From: Camelus ferus
Lineage: Eukaryota
Reading direction: 5' to 3'
DNA: 64,000 nucleotides
NCBI RefSeq assembly: GCF_009834535.1
Contig: NC_045707.1
Coordinates: forward strand, 868,001-932,000
This document shows, one piece after another, positions 21,695 to 32,999 of this stretch. Position 1 is the first letter of the stretch. Each line of letters begins with the position of its first letter. A program made the position numbers and the translations under genes. Below the pieces are notes generated by a model. The model ran no database searches and was not told the origin of the DNA. It saw only the letters and a program-made list of their open reading frames with translations.

Positions 21695-22055
21695 ACCATT
21701 CGTTCACGTGATGCGTGTTTGCTGAACTCCTCCTTCATGCCAGGCATTATTTGGGGCTTTAGGGTATCACGGTGAACAGCACAGACAAGCTGTCTGCTTC
21801 CACCCACGCATATCCAAGTGGAGGAAACAGAAGTTAAGTAAGCGGAGCCGTAAATAAACAAAACAATCGCAGGCAGTGATGAACGCCCCTGAAGGAAACA
21901 GAACAATTAGGGGATGACTTTTTCGGGATGGGAGGGTTTTTGAGAGAAGGTGGTCCAGGAAGTCTATACTGAGGTGAGAATGGAATGGTGAGAAGGAGCC
22001 AAACAAATGATGATTTGTAGGAAAGAGATTCAGGGAGAGGGAGCCCCACATTCCA
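21695..22055 (-). mobile_element. L2 3' fragment
   Basis: CATTCGTTCA..TTTGCTGAAC..ATGCCAGGCATTATT..GGTGAACAGCACAGACAAG..GGAAGTCTATACTGAGG. Confidence 0.7.
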
Positions 22056-22063
22056 GGGAAGTT

Positions 22064-22319
22064 TTTTTTTTTATTAAATTAAATTAACAACTTATTTTTA
22101 ACATTTTAACTGAAGTATAGTTGATTTACAACGTTGCATTAGTTTCCGGTGTACGTCAGAGTGATTCAGTTATACATATATACACATATTCTTTCTCATA
22201 CTCTTTTCCATGACAGGTTACTACAAGCCATTGAATACAGTTCCCTGTGTGTACAGCACAGTAGGACCTTGTCGTGTATCTGTTCTGTACAGTAGTAGTC
22301 GTGCCTGCCAGTCCCAAAC
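22064..22319 (-). mobile_element. L1 3' end, cetartiodactyl/camelid type
   Basis: Poly-T, AACTGAAGTATAGTTGATTTACAACGTTG..TTTCCGGTGTAC..GAATACAGTTCCCTGTG..CAGTAGGACCTTG. Confidence 0.85.
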
Positions 22320-23776
22320 AAGCACCTGGCTGGTTCGAGGGTGGAGCTGGACTCGGCTTGGGGAAGATGGCCGGAGAGTGAAGTTCTCCCAGCCACCCCT
22401 GATCTTTAGTTATTACAGAAAAAAAAGTTGGAAGATTTACTCTTTTCTGGGGAGAGGGAGAAGGGCTCTGGAGAAGAGGGTCAGGAGAGCTCGCTGAACC
22501 AGCAAGGCGCCGTGTATTCCCGTGTTTCTGTCTACAATTTTCTCTTTCTCTTGGTGTGTCGGGGCATCTTTAGCCCATGTGACCGGCAGAAGCATGTCTC
22601 GCTCTGTTTTAGAGTCTGTGCCATTGCAGGTGGCCCTAGCAGGCTTCGTCATCAGTAAGAGAGACACATGCGTGCCCCGGGTGCGTGGCCTTTGTCCAGG
22701 CTGAACAAGGATCTGAGGTTGCTGCGGAGCATCAGAGGATGGAGGAGACAGGTCAGCTGTCACCACTGACAGTTAGGCACACCCTGCGTGCACGGCGCTG
22801 AACTCCATGAAGCGGGATGTGGAGAGGGCAGGCGCAGAACCACAGCTCCCACAAAATCGGGTGAAGCTGAAACCCATCCAGTGATGCTGTACAGGGAATA
22901 ACACCACAACTGTTTGCTCCAGCATCTGACCCCCGAGGCTGGCTAGGAAGTTCAGGAGATGCATGGTCAAGGTTTTGCTCAGACAGTTGGATACTCCCTG
23001 GGTCTGGAACCCAGGACCAGGGTATGTGGTGGGAGAGGTGATGTGGCCCAAGAAAGAGCCAAGAATGGTCCTTAGAAGACCTGCATCCAGCTGGACTCTG
23101 CTGTGTTTTGTGCAATCTTGGGTCACGATGATGGAAAGGTTGCAAGAGGCAATTGAAAAGAAGAAGTGGGCCAGATTTAGGATGTGGGAGTTATCAGTTT
23201 TGGATGCTAGAGAGAGCGATGGGTCAGAAGTGAGCTGGTCAGAAAGAGGCAGCCGACTTTAAAAATGTTGAGTTAGCAGCACCATTGAAGCACCAGGTTG
23301 CATTATGAGTTTAGGGAAAGAAGCGGGTTTATAAACGAAGCTTTGGGAATCTCATGGTGGGAGTTTCAGGTCAACAATAAAGGCTTTTGCAGCTAGTGAG
23401 CTGCAGGGAACCATTAAATCAGGCTTCTAAGGTGATGGCTTACTAACCTGCAACTCTGGCCAGCCCTGAAAAACTGAACAGGGCCAGGCATGGGCGGTAG
23501 GAGCTGCCGCTTGGGGTTGCAAGGGACGTGGAGGCGCTCAGCTCTCTGCAGCGATGCGGGAAGTCACGTGCTCCTCTCGGTGACTCCTCCTCAGGCGCTG
23601 ACCCCTCAAACCTTTCTCACAGCCCATTTTTCTTGAGTGCTATATGATGGAAGACAGACAATTAAGCCAGAGCCCCAGCACTTCATCTGCTGTTGGTTTC
23701 CTTAATTGTATTTCCTACACACTCTTTTATAAATAGATTTAAGCAAGACACTATGTTCTTTAATGTGTGCATTTCT

Positions 23777-23790
23777 GTTGCCATGGAAAC
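23777..23790 (+). promoter_or_regulatory. RFX X-box motif (GTTGCCATGGAAAC)
   Basis: Matches the RFX palindromic consensus GTTNCCATGGNAAC at all positions, in a stretch with no recognised repeat. Motif match only; binding not shown. Confidence 0.5.
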
Positions 23791-24379
23791 AGTTGCTTTT
23801 ATCACCCCCCCCACCCCCAGCCCAAAGCGTAGTCATAAAGTAGAACTTAGCACCTGTTTTTCCAGGCAGGTGAATTATCTGCTAATCCTTGTTCTCTAAG
23901 AAGCTTTCCATGAGTGGGTCGGAATAACCTGCCGATAACATCGCTTTAAGAAAAGAATCAGGCAAGGGTCTGCAGTTTCCAGAAGATACAACCCATCCTT
24001 GCTAACCCTGTAAGTGAAAGCAACTCATTCCATAGAGTCATGGGCTGTTGGAACTGGAGAGGGATCTCTAAAGATATCATTCTCAATAATAATAATAATT
24101 AAAACCACCTTAGACTATGCATTCAATGCATTAATTCGTTTCTAAAGGGATCCTTTAATTAAATCATTTGTTTGAAAACATTTACTTGAACACTAACTAG
24201 TATGGAGTTGCTCAGACACAGGTCATCATCTCAGAACATTGCAGACGCCTGTCACATGGAAGGGACTCAGCCAGTGTTTCTCTGGGCATGAATAAAACTG
24301 CTTCCTCCCCCAGCCAGTGGGGTATACAGACATTTAATGGGTTATAAGGTTTTACGCCACGTGCTGGAATATAAATATG

Positions 24380-24570
24380 TCCAAAGCATGATGGTGGCAT
24401 AAAATGTGTGGGTCATAGATCTACTTCCTCTATTTTTTTTTTTTTTTTTTTTGCAAAAAGTGTGAAAATTAAAAGCAGAGAATTAAAAGGAAAGACACTT
24501 GGTAACATCACCTGACTATTTAGTCGCAGAACCAAGTGTAGGACCCAGGTTTCCTGAATCCCGGCCTGGC
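24380..24570 (-). mobile_element. MIR SINE containing a T20 run (24433-24452)
   Basis: ATTAAAAGCAGAGAATTAAA..TGGTAACATCAC..AGGACCCAGGTTTCCTGAATCCC. Confidence 0.6.
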
Positions 24571-24629
24571 AGCCTCCTCCCGCATCATGTTGACTCCCAG
24601 CGTTCCCCAAGCTTCAGTAGGAGTCAGCG

Positions 24630-24762
24630 GGGACTTTGTGAACCTGCCGACGCTGATTCAGTAGGGTCTGGGCTGGGGTCTGAACGTCTGCATTTCTCAC
24701 AAACACCAGGGCGATGTTGATGCTGGTCTGAAGACCGCAGTGTGATTTCTAAAGCTCTAGAG
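24630..24762 (+). mobile_element. MER5A-like hAT-Charlie fragment
   Basis: CTGATTCAGTAGGGTCTGGGCTGGGGTCTGAACGTCTGCATTTCTCACAAACACCAGG..GATGCTGGTCTG. Confidence 0.75.
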
Positions 24763-24951
24763 CACCATGCTGCACCTTCAGGGGTACTGGACCCCTTGGG
24801 GTGTCCGACTGCAGCTGAAGTTATTTGGTTGAAAACAACAGAAACTCGGATTAATACATATAGCGTGGCAAAACACAAAATAATATAATCAGTTATGTAG
24901 AAGACTATATCATGGTCTATATGAATCCACATATGTGTATGTATGTACGTA

Positions 24952-25187
24952 GAGTTGACCCTTGGATAATGCTGGGGTTAAGGGAGCTGACTCTTCACGC
25001 AGTCCAAAATCTGCATCTAACTTAAAATTGGTTCTCTGTGTATGAAGTTGTGGTCCCTCCATATCTGTGGTCCTGCATGCTTGGATTCGACAACCCAGAT
25101 TATGTACTATTGAAGTATTTGCTTTTGAAAAGATCCAAGGATAAGTGGACCCATGCAGTTCAACCCGCATTGTTCAAGGCTCAACTG
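24952..25187 (+). mobile_element. TcMar-Tigger MITE (Tigger1-derived), complete
   Basis: TIRs GAGTTGACCCTTGGATAA / TTGTTCAAGGCTCAACTG with a TA target duplication on both sides (24950-24951, 25188-25189). Confidence 0.88.
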
Positions 25188-25739
25188 TATTCATCTATGT
25201 AGGTGTGTGTATATATATTCATACACATTATGTATATAATAGGATGGTGCAAAGGAGAAGTGGCGCTTCCAATCATCAGAAAAGAAGACGAACAAAGCAA
25301 ACCCAGGATCTGCCTGGGAGAACTTGGGGCACCCCTTAAGGGGACCACTGTCAGGGTGATTATGTTCCAATCTCAGGGATATGTCCCTCTTACTGAAGGC
25401 ACAGTTTTCCAGGGAAGGGAGCCCCATTGATCTGGATGAGTCCAGGGCTGGCCCCTCAGCTGGGGGAAGCTTGGGAACTTTGGAGGACAGTTCCATACTT
25501 ACCAAAGGGAAGTGGGAATTCATGCTAGGCTGTCAGGAGAAACAGATGGCCAATAAAGACCATATCTCCAAAAAAAAAAAAATGCACATACAGCTACATA
25601 TAATCAGCCGACAACCCCACTTCTTACGTTTTTGGCCACCTGTGTGGTCCAAGCCATCCACGGACCGAGGGATCCCTGCATTTGCTTCCAAAGAGAGCTT
25701 CCTGCTCTCCACTGCCCTCTTCAGTCTGTCCCACACTCA

Positions 25740-26340
25740 GCAGATGGAGACTTGAAACCCACGTCGGATCATGTTAGATCTTTGCCCATAGCCCTCAGCG
25801 GGAATCCCATTATTCTCACAGCGAAATCGAAAGCAGAGTCCACACATTGCTCTGCAAGATGCAACATGCCTCCCCACTACCCACCACCCAGCCCTGCCCT
25901 CACTCTCCCTGTCCTCCTCTCCTGCCCTCCTCCCCAGCACTCACCACACTCAGCCACCCTGGCCTCCGTCCCATCTCCTGAACATGCCAAGACTTTCTCA
26001 TTTCAGGGTTTTTGCATTTGCTGTTTCTCTGCCTGGATTGCTGTCTCTCAGATGATCGCACTGCTCCTTCCCTTACTTTGTTTAGCTCTCTGCTTAAGGC
26101 TCACTTTCTCAAAAAGAGCTTCCAGCTCCTGTTACCAGAAAAAGTGACCTGCCAGCCAGCTCACTCTCTGGCCTCTTAGCTTTATTATTGACAGAAATGT
26201 GTATTTGTTTAATGTTTCTTCTCTCACAAGGATGTAAGCTGTACAAGGGCGGGGACATTTGTTTTCTCTTCTTGTAATTTTGTTAACCCAAGAGGTAGCA
26301 GAAAGAAGGTGTTGGCACTTGTTGGTAACTAAGTATTGTG
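25740..26340 (+). mobile_element. L2 3' portion
   Basis: TGGCCTCCGTCCCATCTCCTGAACATGCCAAG..GCTGTTTCTCTGCCTGGA..GATGTAAGCTGTACAAGGGCGGGGAC..GAATGA. Confidence 0.8.
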
Positions 26341-26619
26341 AGAAGAACGAATGAGCATATATGTATTTACACACACACAAACACATTTTTGCCTGTGGTT
26401 TTAGGGGATTTACAGGCCTTCTGAAGCATGGGGGGTCCATACCTCTTGGGTTAGAAAACTCTGCTGTGACCCAGGTATCTCTAACCCTGAGTGAAGGGGG
26501 TCTCAGTGATCCTGTGACCCACCACATTCTTCCTCCTCCCCAGGTTGGCTTTCAGAGTGGGGCAATGGCATTGTGTTTTCCACCTTCGGGTAACAAAATT
26601 GCAGTTACAGGAGAGTTAC

Positions 26620-27260
26620 AATAAAAATAACAATAATTGACACCTGTCCAGGGCACAGAATGTGATATGTTAATAACAAAGTGGCTCTAATATCATTTGA
26701 TAGACAGGTAGACTAGGTGGACAATAACATAAAGCCCAGGTGTGCTAGCTAGAATGTACAGAGGGTAAAAGGGGCCACAGAGAAAAATAGCATCAAGGAA
26801 GGCAGATAGGCAGTACCATTGACTGAGAAGAGTTGCAGTGAGAAATAGGATTTTCAGGGAAGAGCTCTCTGTTGGAACAGAAAGTTCCATGGATACAAAG
26901 AGATCTTGGGAAGACTGTTCCAGGAGGATGGAACAGGAAGTGCAAAGGCCCTGAGGCAGGAGTCTGGTTAGGGTGTTTGAGTCACAGCAAGGAAGTACAC
27001 GTGGCTGGATGGAGGGAACAAGAAGAGATGAGAAGGAAATGTAGTCAGACCAGAAAATGTAGGGCCTTGTGGGCCTTTGTAGGACTTTGGCTTTCCCTTG
27101 GAACAAGATGGGGTTCTTTGGAATTCTGCAAGCAGCAGAGTGGCATGATTCAACTTATGTTTTTATAGGATTATATTGGCTGCTGTGTTGAAAGTAAACT
27201 CTAGGGGGCGAGCAGGGAAATGGAGGGACCATGAGGAAGCTCAGTCATCATCACCAAATA
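26620..27260 (-). mobile_element. L2 fragment
   Basis: GGAACAGGAAGTGCAAAGGCCCTGAGGCAGGAG..GTAGGGCCTTGTGGGCC..AGCAGAGTGGCATGATT..CTGGCTGCTGTGTTGAAA-like. Confidence 0.8.
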
Positions 27261-28954
27261 AACAAAACCCATCTTTAGTCTCTCACCTGTGCTGGTGAAT
27301 CTCACCCACAGCCAGTATCATGGGAACTTGTTAAGACTTCATTACCAACAATGAATAAAGTTAGCCTGGCAAGAGAGCTGTCATTCCTTCTGGGTGTGCC
27401 CCAAACGTCCCAGACAGAAGAGATCCAGATGCCTGTTTGCTTCATCAAGGTGGGCTGGACTCTGGAGAGCTCTCTTAGCTGAGTTTTAGAATAATCATCC
27501 TTCTGTAGGTGTACAGCTGGCAACGAGCTGGGTGATAGGAAAAAAAAAATGTTGCTAAAATCAGGAACCACCCTGCAAATTGAAATTAGTTAAGTTCAGT
27601 CAATTGCTGACTGATTTTATGTTATGGGATTCAGATGCTCCAAGGCTCAGTCAATTGAAACCCTGTTTTGGAATGAGCCAGTTCTGGATGGATCTTCTGT
27701 TCTATTATTAAAAGAAATGGATCTGTTCAGAGTGTAACATACGTAACACTAAGAGCCCATTTGGTAGATGGACACGCTTGTTTTTTTTATCCCCGAAAAC
27801 CTGAAACTAAATTCTAGAGAAAATCAGAGACCTGTAGATTTTTTATGGCAAGTCATCTTAGATGTGGCAGGATGACCTTGTTTTTATTAATCCAGGAACT
27901 GAGACTCAGAGCCAGTAAATGGCCCAAGGTAGGCTAACTGATGTGGTGAAGACTCGAGATTTTGGCTTACTGCCGTCAAGTTGAAGCTCTCACGTCACAG
28001 TCCCACACGGGCAGGCAGGGCTCTGCTGCATACAGTCCCTGGGGAACCCAGATTCCTTCTACTTTGCGGCTCCTCCCTGCTACAAGTCCCCAGAGACATC
28101 TCCATTTAGGTGGAGAAAGTGTGTGAGGACCACGCCGAGGACGTTTTCATGGGCTGGATGTAGCAGTTGACACGTATCACATTTGCTCATGTTTCACTAG
28201 CCGGAACCCAGTTTTGTGGCTGCAACTGGACAATGTTTTCTAACTCTGTGCCCCTGAAGAAGAGAGCGTGGATGTTGTGAGCACCCGACACGCCCGCCAG
28301 AACCACATAGGGTACAAAGAGGCAGAGCTGGGCCTGAGCCATGAACAACAACAAAAAAGAGGAAGTGCCCAGTATAGTTTTGATCCTTTCCTCCCCGCAT
28401 TCTTCCTTCCCCCTTCATCTCTCCTTTCCTTATTCCCCCTTCTACCCCTACTTTCCACATCTTTCTTTCCTGGATGCCTTATAAGCATCTGCTAGATGTC
28501 AGAGGCGTGGGGAGATTCAAGCTGAAACCAGCATGGTCCCTCAAGGGCTTTTGGTCTAGTTTAAAGATAAGACATAGATATAAGTACTCAGCACAGAGGC
28601 AGACGTGATAAATGCCCCCAGAGTGGTGCACAGCGCTGTGGAGAGCATGAGTTGGAGGACCTGCAGAGGGCTGGGGTGAATTCTGACAGCATTATCCTGT
28701 GCCCAGCTGCAGGCTGCTCGACCTTGACCTGCTCACCCTCTCCGAGTCCATTTCTACAGGTCTAAGATGGGGGCTGTGAGACCCTTCGGGGGTAGCGTTG
28801 GGATGGAATGAGCATTTCCAGAGAGGCTCCATAGTATGCGGTTACTCTGCATGCAGGCTGTCTTCTCCTTTGCCCAAGTCAGGACTAGAGATCCCCAGAG
28901 GAGGGGGAGGTAAATTCCTCCTGGTGATGGGGAGAAGGCTGCTGACCCAGGTAG

Positions 28955-29396
28955 AATTTGAGCTGGATCTTGGCTGCCATGATAAATTACTACAAGTTTG
29001 GGGACTTAAACAGGAATTTATTATCTAACAGTTTGGGAGGCCAGAAGACCCCAGTCAAGGTGTTGGCAGAGCTGAGCTCTCTATGAAGAATCTAGTGGAG
29101 AATCTGTCCTTGCCTTTGCCAGCATCCTGTGGTCCTGGGTGCTCCTTGCCTTGAGGAAGCTGAATTCTGATCTCTGACTCCACCTTTATCTCCGACTCCT
29201 CCTCTGAGTCTCTATTTCATAAATCTTTCTCTCCTTTCTCTTGTAAGGGTAGTGGTCATTGGGTTTAGGGCCCACCCTGAATCCAGGATAGCAGCATCTC
29301 AAGATCTTTAGCCTAACCACGTCTGCAAAGACCCTATTTCCATATGAGGAACCAGAGATAAGGACTTTGATGTGTTATTCCATTCAACCCACTGCA
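28955..29396 (-). mobile_element. ERVL-MaLR solo LTR, MLT1D-like
   Basis: GCTGCCATGATAAATTACTACAAG..CAAGGTGTTGGCAGAG..GGGTTTAGGGCCCACCCTGAATCCAGGA..TCTGCAAAGACCCTATTTCC..ACTGCA. Confidence 0.85.
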
Positions 29397-29506
29397 ATCA
29401 CCAGCTTCCTAGATAATCTACCCCCTCACTAGAATGGGAAACCCGAGGGTTAGCACTGGGCTGATGGAAAAATTCCACATTCACAAGGCAGTGGCTTCAG
29501 CCCTAA

Positions 29507-29938
29507 GATACTAGTTTCCTCTTGCTGCAGTAACAAGTTAACACAACTTAGTGGTTTAAAGAACACAAACTTATTATCTTTCAATTCTATGGGTCAGAAG
29601 CCTGATACGGGCTGAAGTCAAGGTGCCAGCAGGTCTGGGCTCCTCCTGAGAGCTCGAGCGGAGAATCCAGTCCCTGGTCTCTTCCAGCTTCTAGAAGCCT
29701 CCTTGGCTCATGATCCCTTCATCCGGGTTCAGTGTCGGCAGCACAACATTACAGCTCTCTCTGACTCGGACCTCCACCTCCTCTAAGGGTCCCCTGATGA
29801 CAAGGCCTATAGGGAGCATCCAGAATGACCTCGTCTCCGCCAAGTTCCTTTTGCCGCATGAGGTACCATGTCCGCAGGCTCTGGGGATTAGGACGTGGAC
29901 ATCTTGTTGGGGGACGGGGCTCTGCTCTTTCTGTGACA
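29507..29938 (-). mobile_element. ERVL-MaLR solo LTR, MLT1D-like
   Basis: TAGTTTCCTCTTGCTGCAGTAACAAG..AACTTAGTGGTTTAAAGAACACAAACTTATTATCTT..CAAGTTCCTTTTGCCGCATGAGGTA..GGGGATTAGGACGTGGACATCT. Confidence 0.85.
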
Positions 29939-31141
29939 CCTGGTGAATGTGTTTTTCACAGAGTTCCCACTCCGTGGAGTGCCCTGTGCTGAGCTGCGTA
30001 CGGGTGAGAGCATCTTGCTTTGCTCTGCTGATACCTTCACGATCTCCACTGGGTGCTGCTCCAGTGCCCTGCAAGACGCCTTTGTTTCTCTAGCATCCAC
30101 CCAGGTGCAGGAAGGCTGGAGCGAGGTCTAGAGCAGGTGTGTCACTACTTGCCAATCATCCGTCCCCCAATTAGCTAGCCCTGGAAATTCCCTATCGTGA
30201 GTCTTTATTCCTTTAAGGCTTCGATTCTTTTAAAAGACTGTCTGAGAAAAAATGGGGAGGGGTGAAGGAGTGAAATGACTCGTTGTTACCAGTTGTTCGG
30301 ACTTCAGAATGAATCCGTTTTTGATTATTTTTGTTGTTGAGGAACAAAATGGACAGCAATAAGAAGGGAGTAAAAGGACTTTTCATATGTGGTTGTGCAG
30401 AAGGAACAGAACCCACCAGGCCCTTTGTGGGGAGTGGGCTTGAGTGGGGGTGGATGCTACAGAAAGGGGGCTGAGAATGTGATGCAGGCAGGCTGAAGGT
30501 GAAACATCTTCTTCAAATATGGTCTCTACCCACCAGCCTGGCTCTCTGGCTTTTCTGGCTGGTTTCCCAGCCCCTCTCCTTATGCTTACATAGTGTTAGT
30601 ACATGGTCATCCAGTGTCTACGATGTGTATGAATAAGATGGCTCTTCTGCAAGGCCTTTGAAAGCCCTCTAGTGGAGACAGTCTGAACAATGCCAACCAC
30701 AGATCCAGCTCTCCGGAACCATATTCAGGGTGGAAGGGGTGGACCCCTGGGGAGAGGACTCTTGGGGTGGCTCCCTAATGATTACCTGGCAAAGGGACTC
30801 CACCCACCTCTCTGCACCCCTCAGGATCTTTATGTGTCTGCAGTGCTTGTGGTTCAACCTCAGGGCTGCACTGATGGGAGCAGGGCACACATTGAGCTGG
30901 TTTTGCAGAGCTAGAGTTACGGAGGGTTGAGGGCTGGGAAACAAATTGGATTAAGGGCAGTATTTTCTTTCATCAGCACACAAACGAGCCATAGGCCAGT
31001 ACAGACTTTCTGCTTCGACTGCATTAAACCTTAGTGTTCAGTGTGGGGTGAGCAAGGGATGCTTTTTGAGGGGCCAGCAGAAAGCAGCCAACAGCTATCC
31101 CTGTTTTGGCTTCAGACAGAAAAATCTGAAGTACTTGGGAC

Positions 31142-31522
31142 TGTACCACTTTGCTCGGGCTGCCATACCCAAATACCAGGCTGGGTGGTTTTACAGAAAA
31201 GAAACTTACTTTCTCACTGTTCTGGAGGCTACAAGTCTAAGATGTAGGTATCAGCAGGGCTGGCTTCTCCTGGGACCGCTCTCTGTAGCTTGCAGATAGC
31301 TGCCTTCTTGCCATTTCCTCACATGGCCTTTTCTCTGTCCGCACACACTCCTGGTGTTTCTTTCTCTTATAAGGACACTAACCCTTTTGGATCAGGGCCT
31401 CACCCTTATGACCTCATTTAACCTTAATTATCTCCTTTATGGCTCCATCTCCAAATACATTGGGGATTAGGGTTCAACATATTAATGTAGAGGGTGGGGT
31501 GGGAACAAAATTCAGTTCACAA
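31142..31522 (-). mobile_element. ERVL-MaLR solo LTR, MLT1A/B-like
   Basis: TGTACCACTTTGCTCGGGCTGCCATA..TCTCACTGTTCTGGAGGCT..CTTATAAGGACACTAA..GGATCAGGGCCTCACCCTTATGACCTCATTTAACCTTAATTA. Confidence 0.88.
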
Positions 31523-31529
31523 TGAAAAT

Positions 31530-32070
31530 CATGCTTCTGGGTGGAAACACCCAAGAAGAAACAGGTAACTTCTGGGAAAACGTTGCCTATTTGGAAAAGC
31601 AACCACTGGAGACAAATATCATTGTCCATGGAAACACAGACTGTCTAGCCAAAGTGCCTACTGTGAAAAATATATATCAGGAAGAATTTTCACTTAAAAT
31701 TCTCCAAAGGGAAAATACCCTCTGGGAAAAAAAACTTTAATTGTGAAAATACTCACCATGGAAACATTCACTGGAAAAAGTATCAGTTGGAAAAAATCAT
31801 TACAAAACACAGCAGGGTGGGGATAACCTCTGGAGAAGTAGCTTTTCTGGGAAAAATGCCTGTTAGAAAAAAATTGACTAGAAGAAATGACCTCTCAAAA
31901 AATATGCACAGGGAAAACTATATACTGGAAAAAAACACACCTAGAATTTAAAATACCTAGAGAAACATATCCTGAATGGGACAAATATTCACTGGGAAAA
32001 TATGAATAGGAAAATTATATTCATCAGGAAAATGACCTTGACTATATGCCTATTGTGAAAAACAGGAAAC
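31530..32070 (+). repeat. Degenerate GGAAA-periodic tandem array, family not recognised
   Basis: 16 GGAAA on the plus strand and no TTTCC in about 530 bp, plus variant units (GTGAAAA, GGAGAA); spacing is often 13-20 nt. Confidence 0.7.
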
Positions 32071-32089
32071 GGTCATTTATTTTGTGCAC

Positions 32090-32280
32090 ATCATGTTTCA
32101 TGCATTCTTCTAGTAGTTTTAGGTCCGTTAGCTCACTTACTCCTCATAAAAGCTCTATGAGGTGGGTACTATTCGATGCCCATTTTATATATGAGGAAAC
32201 TGAGGGACAGAGAGATAAGTAACTTGCCCAAAGTTCACAGGGAGTAAATGACAGCCCCCAGCTTTGAACTCAGGCATTGA
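32090..32280 (-). mobile_element. MIR SINE
   Basis: CTATGAGGTGGGTACTATT..CCCATTTTATATATGAGGAAACTGAGGGACAGAGAGATAAGTAACTTGCCCAAAG. Confidence 0.85.
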
Positions 32281-32999
32281 TCCATTCATTCATTTATTGA
32301 GCACCTACCACATTGTGTTAGGCAATGGAGTCTATCACCGAATGAAATTTTAATCTCAAGTTTTAAGAAATTAATGTGGGAGACAGATTCATAAGTGGAT
32401 AATGAAATTATAGTGAAATGAGCCTTTATATATTCATGTCCACCTTGAAAACCAAAGTAAAATGTTTCCACTAGCTCCTTTGTGTGCTTACAAAAGCTCC
32501 TTTGTGTGCTTACAAAGGAAGCAACTCTCCTGGCTGCAGTAACCCCAGCTTCCCTGGGAATGACAGCCACTGGGGAAACTTCAACACCCAGGAGAATACT
32601 CGTTGGGAAAACACACTCCTGCACGAAAGCTGAACAAAACACGCAGCTCTAGTGGGTACTTGTTTGGAACTTAGTGTGGTCTCTCCACTGTCCAGTCCGG
32701 GTCTGCCCTTGACCACGTGAGCGCGGCTGAGATGGCCAAGGCATGCCGTGACCTGGCTAGGAATGCAGAATGGGCTACAGGAGCCTTGCTGCACAGGGGG
32801 AATCAGATGGCCCCTGGTGGAAGTTCTGAGTTCTCTTGATTTTTAAAAACCTTTCCTTGCATGTGGTCTAACCCCACCAATGTGCTAGCGCCACGAGTTC
32901 AGGTCCTGCCTGTGTAGTTCATCTCAACGTTCCCAGTGCTTAGAAAAGTCTGTGCTCAGTGAGTAAACATTTCCAAAAGAAGGAACGTTGGCCATTGCA

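Noticed and set aside
22740-23160. Overlapping 100-130 aa ORFs as a processed pseudogene
   Set aside because: No frame resembles a protein I recognise, and no poly(A) tail or TSD is visible; left unassigned pending BLASTX.
28955-29938. Two MLT1D-like LTRs as the ends of one MaLR provirus
   Set aside because: Only about 110 bp separate them, that spacer looks like L2 remnant rather than MaLR internal sequence, and no shared TSD is visible; independent solo LTRs are more likely.
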